A stretch of 40,000 bases of DNA, taken from an uncultured Chloroflexia bacterium. Lineage in GTDB: Bacteria; Chloroflexota; Anaerolineae; Anaerolineales; Villigracilaceae. Location: contig CAWBPK010000001.1 in the NCBI GenBank assembly GCA_963790685.1, forward strand, positions 1,005,066 to 1,045,065. The letters run 5' to 3'. Shown here piece by piece: positions 1 through 8,488 of the stretch. Each line of letters opens with the position of its first letter. The first letter of the stretch is position 1. Below the pieces are notes generated by a model. It was not told where the DNA came from. It was given only the letters and a program-made list of their open reading frames with translations, and made no database searches. Both the position numbers and the translations under genes were made by a program.

Positions 1-412
1 GCGGCTGGCGGTGATGTTCGTTACACTGGACGGACTGGATTCCATCACCGCGAAATTCGGTGGCAAGTTCAGTGATCAGATACTGATCAAGGCCGCATCA
101 CAACTCTCCCAATTTAAAAGAGAGAGCGATACCCTGGCGCGTGTTGGAGAAAACAAGTTTGCATTAATTCTTGAGAACATCCCGAATGAAGAGGCTGCAG
201 ACATTGCGACCAAAAGGGTTTTTGCATCTCTCTCCAGCAATTCACTGGCTGGAAAGGAAAAATTTGATATAGCTGTCAATATCAACGTGTACTTGGACAA
301 TAATGGATATAGCGAATTGGAATCCGCATGCTATTCCGAAATCGAAACCGCCAACACAATGAAAAAACCATCAAAGGTGGAAAACCAATTTGAGCACATA
401 TTGGAAAAATAA
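1..412 (+). CDS. GGDEF-domain protein, C-terminal part (5' end outside window); signature motif degenerate
   Basis: The frame is open to the window edge (RLAVMFVTLDGLD...). It follows the GGDEF-domain pattern, but reads SDTLARVGENKFALIL where RxGGDEF is expected. Stop TAA at 410-412. Confidence 0.6.
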   Translation, partial: RLAVMFVTLDGLDSITAKFGGKFSDQILIKAASQLSQFKRESDTLARVGENKFALILENIPNEEAADIATKRVFASLSSNSLAGKEKFDIAVNINVYLDNNGYSELESACYSEIETANTMKKPSKVENQFEHILEK

Positions 413-1386
413 GCAGGTTCTGGTTACCGGCGCTGGTGGATTCATCGGCAGCCATCTAGTTGAAAATCTTCTGGCGGAAGGGGCAACAGTACGGGCTTTT
501 GTCCGTTACAACTCTCGCGGCGATGCCGGACTACTACGTCTTCTCCGCCCTGAAACCTTGGCAGAAGTGGAGATTGTTGCCGGTAACTTATGTGATAGTG
601 GGGCAATCCGTAAAGCAGTGGAGGGATGCGAAATCGTTTTCCACCTTGGAGCAATGATTTCCATCCCTTATTCGTACGTTCACCCCGCAGAAGTGGCTGA
701 AACAAATTTAATTGGGACATTGAACATTTTAATGGCCTGCCGGGATCTGGTTGTAAAAAAATTGGTTCATACGTCTTCAAGCGAAGTGTATGGGACAGCA
801 CTTAAGGTTCCGATCGGCGAATCCCATCCCCTGCAGGGACAATCTCCTTACTCGGCCAGCAAGATCGGTGCAGATAAACTGGCTGAAAGTTTTTTCTGTG
901 CCTATGGTCTCCCAGTGGTAACGGTACGACCATTTAACACATTCGGTCCACGCCAATCTGCACGGGCAGTAATTCCCACCATCATCACGCAAGCTTTGGC
1001 ACAAGATGTCATCCACTTGGGAAACCAGAACACATCCCGCGATTTTACTTTTGTTAAAGATACGGTCAGTGGAATAATGAAAGCCGCCGAGGTCAATAAT
1101 ATCGAAGGAAAAGTTTTGAACCTGGGAACGGGTCGGGAAATAAAGATCGAAGAATTGGTGCAAGTAATAGTTCACAAGATCGATCGTCCGATCAGGATCG
1201 AGATCGATTCCCGCCGACTGCGTCCGGAACGGTCCGAGGTCCAGCGATTAATCTCAGATAACACACTGGCGCGCCAGAACTCTTGGATGGAGTCCAGAAG
1301 TAAGTCTGGACGAAGGATTGGATCAGACCATCGCATGGATCAAGGACCACTTGAACCTTTATCGCGCTGGCACATATGAATTCTAG
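390..1386 (+). CDS. NAD-dependent sugar epimerase/dehydratase (extended SDR), with an apparent 1-nt frame disruption at about 1278-1281
   Basis: Rossmann motif VLVTGAGGFIGSHL and catalytic YxxxK (YSASKIGADK). TTG start at 390 overlaps the upstream gene. The tracked frame ends at 1379 in a non-conserved tail. The frame starting at 1282 reads LGWSPEVSLDEGLDQTIAWIKDHLNLYRAGTYEF* (stop 1384-1386), which is the expected family C-terminus. Confidence 0.8.
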
Positions 1387-1401
1387 AGAGAGGCTAGAGA
1401 C

Positions 1402-2112
1402 ATGAAAGCCGTCATACTGGCTGGTGGAAAAGGCACACGGTTGGCACCTTACACAAAGATCCTTCCAAAACCACTGATGCCGATCGGGGACATGCCAATA
1501 CTGGAAGTGCTCTTGCGTCAATTGAAACGTACCGGAGTGGATGATGCCATTATTACGGTGGGGCATCTCGCCGGATTGTTGCAGGCTTTTTTTCAAGATG
1601 GCAATCATATTGGGCTGCACATCACGTACAGTTTTGAAGATACACCGCTGGGAACTGCCGGTCCCCTTTCACTGTTAGCGGGTCTGGACAGCACGTTCAT
1701 GGTGTTGAATGGTGACGTGTTGACCACGCTGGATTTCAAAGAACTACTCCGATTCCACAAGGAACACAATGCTGCCGCAACGATCGCCGTTCATTGCCGA
1801 AATATCCATATCGATTTTGGCGTAATCGAATGCGATGGAAATTACCAGCTTACCGGTTATAAAGAGAAGCCGACCATCGAGTACATGGTCAGCATGGGCG
1901 TTTATGTTTTCGAACCTCGGGTCCTGGAACAAATCCCCCACGGTCAATATTTGGATTTTCCAGATCTGGTCAAGAAGTTGATCTCGGCCGAAGAAAAAGT
2001 TGTTGGGTATCCATACACAGGGTATTGGCAAGATCTCGGTCGGCCGGACGATTATGAACATGCAACGCAGGATTTCGAAAAAATGCGGAATGAGTTTTTG
2101 CCGGAGGCATAA
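1402..2112 (+). CDS. sugar-1-phosphate nucleotidyltransferase (NTP_transferase fold)
   Basis: N-terminal MKAVILAGGKGTRLAPYTKILPKPLMPIG signature, 236 aa, tightly packed between the sugar epimerase and aminotransferase genes. Confidence 0.8.
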   Translation: MKAVILAGGKGTRLAPYTKILPKPLMPIGDMPILEVLLRQLKRTGVDDAIITVGHLAGLLQAFFQDGNHIGLHITYSFEDTPLGTAGPLSLLAGLDSTFMVLNGDVLTTLDFKELLRFHKEHNAAATIAVHCRNIHIDFGVIECDGNYQLTGYKEKPTIEYMVSMGVYVFEPRVLEQIPHGQYLDFPDLVKKLISAEEKVVGYPYTGYWQDLGRPDDYEHATQDFEKMRNEFLPEA

Positions 2113-2114
2113 TC

Positions 2115-3260
2115 ATGGAATGGCGAATTCCACTATCAGATATTGATTTCGACGAAACAGAAGAAGCAGCGGTCTTGGAAGTGGTTAAGGGCCGCTGGTT
2201 AACCATGGGGGCGAACACTCAAGCCTTTGAAGAAGAATTTGCCGCGCACACGGGTATCAAACATGCAATTGCAGTTGCCAACGGAACAGCCGCGTTGCAC
2301 CTTGCTTGCATAACTGCCGGACTTGGACCCGGCGATGAAGTAATTACCCCCTCACTGACTTTTGTGGCCACTGCCAACGCCATCCGTTACACTGGTGCTT
2401 CCGCGGTATTCGCCGACATTGAAAGCAAGGATGATCTGGATATTTCCCTTTCCTCCATTAAGCAGAATCTGACGGACCGGACCCGCGCCATCATGGTGAT
2501 GCATTACGCAGGTTATCCCTGCGACATGATCGCCATCACCGACTTTGCCAAGGCTCACAACTTGATCGTCATCGAAGATGCGGCTCACGCCTCCGGATCA
2601 AGAATTGACGAACGCGAAATGGGGACTTGGGGCCTGGTCGGCTGCTTCAGCTTTTTCTCAAACAAAAACATGACCACCGGAGAAGGCGGAATGGTGGTCA
2701 CAAATGATGATGAAATTGCACAGAAGTTGCACATCCTGCGGTCGCACGGGATGACCACCATGTCGTGGGACCGGCATCGAGGTCACGCATGGAGCTACGA
2801 TGTGGTTGAGTTGGGCTACAATTATCGCATCGATGAAATTCGAGCTGCGTTGGGACGAATCCAATTGCGCAAACTGGACCGGAACAATGAACGCCGCCAA
2901 AATCTCACCACGTTATACCGTGAACAGCTTCAGGAAATAGTCCCCTCTATCATCGTGCCGTTCAAATCGCCAAGGGGAATTCCATCCTGTCACATCATGC
3001 CGGTCCTCCTGCCTGACGGGATCGATCGCCTGCAGTTCATGGAGCGCATGAAATCATTTGGGATCCAAACCAGCATCCATTACCCACCGATCCACAAATT
3101 CAAGATTTATTCAGAAGGATCGCGCTGGAACCTGCCACTTACAGAAGATGTCGTCAACCGCGAAGTAACGATTCCGCTTTATCCAACCATGAGTGAAAAT
3201 GATGTGGCAATCGTTGTGCAGGCCATACGCGACTCCCTAAACACGACTGGGCACAGTTGA
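2115..3260 (+). CDS. DegT/DnrJ/EryC1/StrS-family PLP-dependent sugar aminotransferase
   Basis: 381 aa. Carries family motifs: AVANGTAALHLA, DEVITPSLTFVATANA, IEDAAHA, and FSFFSNKNMTTGEGGMVVT with the PLP-lysine context. ATG lies 2 nt after the upstream stop. Confidence 0.85.
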   Translation: MEWRIPLSDIDFDETEEAAVLEVVKGRWLTMGANTQAFEEEFAAHTGIKHAIAVANGTAALHLACITAGLGPGDEVITPSLTFVATANAIRYTGASAVFADIESKDDLDISLSSIKQNLTDRTRAIMVMHYAGYPCDMIAITDFAKAHNLIVIEDAAHASGSRIDEREMGTWGLVGCFSFFSNKNMTTGEGGMVVTNDDEIAQKLHILRSHGMTTMSWDRHRGHAWSYDVVELGYNYRIDEIRAALGRIQLRKLDRNNERRQNLTTLYREQLQEIVPSIIVPFKSPRGIPSCHIMPVLLPDGIDRLQFMERMKSFGIQTSIHYPPIHKFKIYSEGSRWNLPLTEDVVNREVTIPLYPTMSENDVAIVVQAIRDSLNTTGHS

Positions 3261-3470
3261 CTTAAGTGTGTCCCCAAAGGCGGCAAAGACAAGACGCATT
3301 CTTTCCAATTTGGATAAAGGTGCCAACCGGGCTGGCACAAAAGATGTTGGTGTTGTTATGAATTGAATCCACCATGGCAATTGAGACTCTCATGATGATA
3401 AGACCAGCCCCCGGGATCTAGGTTGGTGACGATGGACATGCGGGTCAAGTTATGACTCCGGCTGTATCGT

Positions 3471-3499
3471 GAAATCTCGGAATTAAACTCCGAGATTTC
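3471..3499. other. perfect 11-bp stem hairpin (GAAATCTCGGA / TCCGAGATTTC, 7-nt loop)
   Basis: Read directly from the sequence. It is followed by TTGATTT. The stem core TCTCGG/CCGAGA recurs at 27798-27818. Confidence 0.3.
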
Positions 3500-3515
3500 T
3501 TGATTTAATAAGCCC

Positions 3516-3956
3516 ATGATCAAACGCCCAGATTATCTGGAATTTAATTATAAACGGCTGTTCGTCGCTCCCCCATAACCGCTTTGCTGGGACCGCGCCA
3601 AACGGGGAAAACCACGCTTGACCACATGTTCGCCGGAAAAAAACCGGCGACTTTTTTGACCTGGAATTCATCCCGGATCAGCGCCGCATCCGGAATCCCT
3701 TACTTGTGCTGGAAAAACTGGAAGGCCTAGTCATTCTGGTGAAATCCAATTGATGCCGGAATTGTTCGGAACAATGAGAGTGTTGCTGGACCGTCCAGGG
3801 CAAAAAGCGCGTTTCATCGTTCTGGGCAGCGCTTCGCCTGATATCATCCGTAATGCTTCAGAAACCCTCGTTCGAAGTATCGAGGTCAATGAACTTAATG
3901 TATTTGATCATGGCCTCTGTCTGTATTTAGGTCATACCTTGAGACTAACTTCCTAG
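3516..3956 (+). pseudogene. AAA+ ATPase (GPRQTGKTTL Walker A; DUF4143-associated family) remnant, frameshifted and 3'-truncated
   Basis: The conserved pieces lie in four different frames. They are MIKRPDYLEF..., then ITALLGPRQTGKTTL, then DLEFIPDQRRIRNPLLVLEKLEGLVIL, then GEIQLMPELFGTMRVLLDRPGQKARFIVLGSASPDIIRNASETL. Frame changes occur near 3570-3574 (C5 run), 3637-3657 (A7/T6 runs) and 3738-3741. Confidence 0.6.
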
Positions 3957-4239
3957 CCACCCACCATGAGCCAGTCTCGGCTTTGTCCAGAGCTTCCCGG
4001 AAGGCCTTAGCTCCCACCTTCCTGATCAGCTCGTCTGGATCCTTGCACCCCGTTGGCCAGGAGACTACATAAGCTCTCAGGCTGGAAGTAGCCAGGCTCT
4101 TGAGAACTTTCTCAGTCGCCTTCTGGCCTGGCTCATCCATATCCAGAGCCAGCAGTAACTTTCTTGTGCCTGCACTCTCCAGAACCTGGATCTGAGCAGT
4201 AGAGAGACTTGTACCTCATACTGCTACACTCCTGAAGCC
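3895..4239 (-). pseudogene. Toprim-domain / DnaG-primase-like fragment (N-terminally truncated)
   Basis: The stop-bounded reading ...VVASMRYKSLSTAQIQVLESAGTRKLLLALDMDEPGQKATEKV...VVSWPTGCKDPDELIRKVGAKAFREAL matches the Toprim pattern DxDxAGxxA...LPxGxDPDE. No zinc-finger or RNA-polymerase part lies upstream. Confidence 0.55.
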
Positions 4240-4370
4240 TTTATTGTTTAGGTAGAGAGCATTCAGTACTGACCTGCCTTCAATCCCTGGAAAAAACTTT
4301 GAATTGTACGTCCTCAGAACATTTGAGACAATAACTGGCATTTGCTAAGAGACACTTTCCCGACCCGAAG

Positions 4371-5375
4371 TCATTTTACTTCCACTGCCTGCACCTGCAA
4401 ATTCTGAAGGCGCCTTGCTTGTAATGTTCGTTTCTTGATCTCGGCTCGTTTTGCCAGAACCTCCTTTGATCTGCCAGTATAAACATCCATCGGCGTGAGA
4501 TTTTCCAGTGACTCATGGTAGCGCCGGTTGTTGTACTAATCCACAAACTGGACGATCTCCCGCTCCAGTTCTTCCGGGGAGTAGTAATTCTGCAGGTTCA
4601 CCACATTCTTTATCGAGCGGTGATACCGTTCGATCTTACCCTGGGTCATCGGATGGTAGGGAGCACTGTGAGTGTGTTCGATGTGGCTGCAATACAGGTA
4701 ATCCTTCAGACCTTTGGAAAGGGAACAGGGTCCGTTGTCGGAAAGCAGGCGGGGACGGAGAAACACATTCACCCCATCCGCCCCGGTCTTTTTCGAGGCC
4801 ATCTCGAGCGTCTTCTGCACATCTGTCGTGTTCATGGTGGGCGTGAGCTTCCACGCCAGGATGCAACGGGAGTAATCATCCAGGATCGTGGACAAGTAAT
4901 ACCATCCCCAGCTCAGGATCTTGAAGTAGGTAAAGTCCGTCTGCCAGAGCTCATTCACGGTTTTGGTGGGGTTCTGGAATTTATCTTTAGCTGTGATCAC
5001 CCGAAATGCCGGGCTTTCTATCAGATCATAACCCTTCAGAATGCGATAAACACTCGATTCCGAGATGAAATAGCGTTGTTCGTCGGTGAACATCCAGGCT
5101 ACCTGCCAGGAGGATTGGTCCGGATGCTCCAGAGCCACCTTCACCACCTGCTCCCGCATTGTCTGGGGGATATGATTCCAGAACTGGCGTGGGTTCGGAC
5201 GCTGGTCGATCATTCCATCTTCCCCTTCTTCCTGGTACAGCTGATACCAGCGATAGAAGGTACTTCTGGGCACATTCAACTCGTCCAGGGTGCGTCTCAT
5301 CGGTAACGCGGAGTGCTCTACTAGGTGAATGATCTCACGTTTTTCTTCGCATATCCGACGAATCATTCGTCCCAC
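4371..5375 (-). pseudogene. IS3 orfB (rve/DDE integrase-core transposase) with one in-frame TAG at 4538-4536
   Basis: Contains WQTDFTYF, LLSDNGPC and HPMTQGKIERYHRSIKN (the DDE triad context). After QFVD* the same frame continues YNNRRYHESLENLTPMDVYTGRSKEVLAKRAEIKKRTLQARRLQ... to TGA at 4373-4371. Confidence 0.8.
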
Positions 5376-5728
5376 GGAGTTGCCTTGCCCAGCAAGCCTT
5401 TTTTCAACACGCGGTTCTAGAGCGTCAGCTCGGCCACTACCTGTTTAAGCTGTTCAAGCTCACTCCGCATCTCTACCACTTCCTGATTGTCCGCCTGACG
5501 CTGGGTGTCCCCGATCAGGTGCTGTTTCCCCGCTTTCAGGAATTCCTTGCTCCAGTTGTAGTATAGGTTGGGCTAGATCCCTTCCCTACGGCACAACTCG
5601 CCGATCGTGCTCTCCCCCCGCAATCCTTCCAACACGATCCGTACCTTCTCTTCCGCGGTGTACTTCTTACGCGTCGCCCGGCGGATACTCCGCACGATCG
5701 CTCCCACCCTCTTCTTCTACTCGGCCAT
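5363..5728 (-). pseudogene. IS3 orfA (HTH transposase N-terminal protein) interrupted by three in-frame TAG codons
   Basis: AAGGAG lies 6 nt upstream of the ATG (5728-5726). The translation is MAE*KKRVGAIVRSIRRATRKKYTAEEKVRIVLEGLRGESTIGELCRREGI*PNLYYNWSKEFLKAGKQHL...LEQLKQVVAELTL*NRVLKKGLLGKATPWDE*. The TAGs are at 5719-5717, 5575-5573 and 5419-5417. Confidence 0.75.
5398..5404 (-). promoter_or_regulatory. A AAA AAG slippery heptamer (programmed -1 frameshift site joining orfA to orfB)
   Basis: On the minus strand orfA reads TTG AAA AAA GGC. The -1 frame is open from here into orfB (VEKRLAGQGNSVGRMIRRICEEK...). This is the classic IS3-family motif. Confidence 0.6.
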
Positions 5729-6128
5729 TTGAGCTCCTTTTTGCTAGATAATATTACGTTCCGGCCGAGAAGTGTCTCATAAATATTACCCTAAACCTGT
5801 CTCAAATGTTCTGACACGGAACATGAGGACATTTGCTGGAAGAAAATTATCTGTTCTCATCATGAAGAGATCCAATCCGATCAATCCTCGATGGTTTTTT
5901 CCCACGATGTTGACATTATATATTCCAGAAATCGTAAAATAGTTGACATGTTATTCTGCGCTGTGCTCATAACCGACTAAGAAAAGCGAATCGTCAATAT
6001 AGAAAAGTAAAACACAGAGCTTAGCGCGAAATCTACTTAGATTTATCCTGGATATAATAGTGATATTATCGGCATGTCTTATTTAGGATGTTGTCACAGA
6101 TTTAGGTTGCTGCTTGAGGAGACACTAA

Positions 6129-7259
6129 ATGTCAGGAATGTTTATACGAAAAATTCTGATAATTTTTGGCACTCGCCCCGAGGCAATTAAACTAATCCCG
6201 GTTTTGAGAGAATTGGAATCCAGACCGAATCAATTTTTGACCCGATTATGTGTCACATCCCAACACCGCGAAATGCAGGACCAGGTCTTGAAACTCTTTG
6301 ATGTTTCCCCCAATTATGACCTCAATATTATGACACCAAACCAGACTCTGGTTGGAATCACTTCGGAAATGATTCATAGCCTGGATGAAGTGATATCCAA
6401 AGATCAACCAGATGTGGTATTGGTTCAAGGCGATACCACTTCTGCATTTTGCGGTGCATTAGTGGCTTTTTACCACTGTATAAAGATTGGACATGTGGAA
6501 GCAGGTTTACGGTCAGGTACTAAATATGCGCCTTTCCCTGAAGAAATCAACCGCATGTTAATAAGTCGGTTAGCGGACTTTCATTTTGCACCCACAGATT
6601 ATGCAAGGAATAATTTGCTTGGAGAAGGAATTGCTCCATCTTCAGTATACGTTACAGGTAATACCGGTATTGACTCTTTATTTTGGGTGCGTAATCGAAT
6701 TCGTCAGTCCACACTTGAATTACCAACAGGTTTGAATAAAATAATTGAAGGTCATAGGCTTGTTTTAGTTACCGGCCACCGCCGGGAAAGTTTTGGAGAG
6801 GGTTTAAAAAATATTTGCTTTGCGATCCGCCAGGTGGCCGAAGAATTTAATGATGTGATATTTATTTACCCCGTTCATCTAAATCCAAATGTCCGTCTAC
6901 CCGTAAACCGTATTCTTGGGGCACATCCACGTGTACATTTGATCGAGCCTTTGCCTTATTCGTCCTTTGTGTGGTTAATGGATCAAGCAGAAATTGTTTT
7001 AACGGATTCGGGGGGAGTTCAGGAGGAGGCTCCATACTTGGGGAAGCCCGTCCTTGTGATGAGGGAAACAACGGAACGCCCAGAAGGTATTCTAGCCGGA
7101 AATGCCATCTTGGTTGGTACACACCAAATGCAAATCGTGGAGGAATTGACGCGATTGCTAAACCACCCTGAAGTGCGAATAAATATGACGAAAGTAAATA
7201 ACCTGTATGGAGATGGCATGGCAGCCGTACGTATCGCTAATGTTCTTGCTTCAATGTAG
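6129..7259 (+). CDS. wecB: UDP-N-acetylglucosamine 2-epimerase (non-hydrolysing)
   Basis: 376 aa. Carries ILIIFGTRPEAIKLIPV, VLVQGDTTSAF, HVEAGLRS, FPEEINR and DSGGVQEEAP. GAGGAG lies about 8 nt upstream of the ATG. Stop is TAG. Confidence 0.9.
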   Translation: MSGMFIRKILIIFGTRPEAIKLIPVLRELESRPNQFLTRLCVTSQHREMQDQVLKLFDVSPNYDLNIMTPNQTLVGITSEMIHSLDEVISKDQPDVVLVQGDTTSAFCGALVAFYHCIKIGHVEAGLRSGTKYAPFPEEINRMLISRLADFHFAPTDYARNNLLGEGIAPSSVYVTGNTGIDSLFWVRNRIRQSTLELPTGLNKIIEGHRLVLVTGHRRESFGEGLKNICFAIRQVAEEFNDVIFIYPVHLNPNVRLPVNRILGAHPRVHLIEPLPYSSFVWLMDQAEIVLTDSGGVQEEAPYLGKPVLVMRETTERPEGILAGNAILVGTHQMQIVEELTRLLNHPEVRINMTKVNNLYGDGMAAVRIANVLASM

Positions 7260-8131
7260 ACTTGCTATAAATTCTTTATTATTACTCATAATCGAATTTG
7301 GGAAATTTCTACATAGTAGATAGAAAGGGAATCCCATTCAAAACCAATTCCTGCAAAAAAACCATTGAAGCGAACATCGACATAATAAGCGATTTAATAC
7401 TAGTTTCAATGCGGAGCTTATTTTAAGGATTTATTTCAGCCCAGGTTATACCCATTTATCTGGTCTCGGAGAAATGCTTGTGGGTGCATTTTTCTCCTAA
7501 CTCCAATGATATGATTTTTAATAAGGGACCTAAAACGTTTTCCAAATAAGTCATTCAATTATTCCATCCTCATTATATTCTGGAGGGAAGATTAATAAAT
7601 GCCTGGTTTAAATACACATGATTATCCATTATAAAATCGCTCCCCTGGGTGCTGATTTCTAAGAGGTGTAATTTTATAAAGAATTATTTAATCGTTCTAA
7701 ATACTAATGCAAAGTCTAGGCTGAAGTTAAATTACCCATACCTGGGATATATATCAATGATGATCAGTATAGGAGGAAACTATTTTAATATGACGAGTTA
7801 GAGACATTGGACGGCTTATTATGATTCCTGGAGACTTTACGAACAGGCTTAAATAAATCTAAAAAATATTTCGAATATAAATTAATGTTTGGATTTTCAT
7901 TATTAGTTTGGTAACATTTGTAACTTGTTCGAGTTTCCCTCGTCACGAAATACGACAATCATGCATAAAAGATCAAATATGAGGGAGGCATTGACCCACC
8001 AGCTAAATATGGTCAATTGCCTGGCAGGATCCAAGCAGGGCACTAAGAGGGCCAGAAACGAAACCGGACAATCTAAAACACAGGTTGCGTTTCGCAAATT
8101 AATTTTAATATAAGCTCCAACAAACTGACGT

Positions 8132-8244
8132 CATTTGTAATTGGTTGCAGGGGCGCTCTCTCTCACAACAATAGGATTCCGAGATCCCGAACCCTTCGGA
8201 AGTGCATTGATGACAAAATAATGAAACTATCCCAGTTACAAATG
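8132..8244. repeat. inverted pair of 13-mers CATTTGTAAYTGG flanking an 87-bp GC-richer island; a third copy lies at 7915-7927
   Basis: CATTTGTAATTGG at 8132-8144 and CCAGTTACAAATG at 8232-8244 (reverse complement CATTTGTAACTGG). A third copy, CATTTGTAACTTG, lies at 7915-7927. Each pair matches at 12/13 positions. Confidence 0.5.
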
Positions 8245-8249
8245 CCATA

Positions 8250-8277
8250 TTGACAATAGATGATTTTATTGTAACAT
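8250..8277 (+). promoter_or_regulatory. candidate sigma70-like promoter upstream of the giant surface-protein gene
   Basis: TTGACA (8250-8255), 16-nt spacer, TAACAT (8272-8277). An alternative candidate is TTGACT at 8408-8413 with TAAAAA 16 nt downstream. Neither is verified. Confidence 0.25.
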
Positions 8278-8488
8278 TATGGTACCTAACAAAATTGTAA
8301 TTTTGTAATTAATAGCCGGGGCAGCAACCTTTATTCCCTTGCTGAATATTTTATTTAACTCGAAATATAATTTCACAGTAGAAGACAGAGCCCCTAGATA
8401 CTCCAAATTGACTTGTTAAGCTGCGGTTGTAAAAAGAGATCAATGTAGTCGGTTTAAGGCAGTCATATGATCTCCCGGGAGGAGAGAC

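Larger units (their letters stand above)
4314..5814 (-). mobile_element. IS3-family insertion sequence (orfA/orfB with A6G frameshift site), probably inactive
   Basis: There is a perfect 17-bp terminal inverted repeat: TCAGAACATTTGAGACA at 4314-4330 and TGTCTCAAATGTTCTGA at 5798-5814. A further shared GAGACACTT lies about 18-19 bp inward. Internally it has an HTH orfA and a DDE orfB in the -1 frame. I could not find a target-site duplication. Confidence 0.85.

Noticed and set aside
3262-3440. Possible IS110-like transposase remnant on the minus strand (IPGAGLIIMRVSIAMVDS...)
   Set aside because: Only a vague IPGxG resemblance, spread over two frames. I cannot support a family call without a search.
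4515-5306. 263-aa ORF on the + strand (and 4508-4846)
   Set aside because: It is antisense to IS3 orfB, which carries clear DDE motifs. The + strand product has no motifs.
4314-5814. Genome-wide reassignment of TAG as explanation for the IS TAG codons
   Set aside because: wecB (7257-7259), the giant ORF (14873-14875) and mfd (35456-35458) all terminate at TAG at positions consistent with full-length proteins.
7903-8113. 62-aa and 64-aa ORFs in the AT-rich spacer
   Set aside because: They overlap each other on opposite strands. They have no SD, non-ATG or poorly placed starts, and no recognisable motif.
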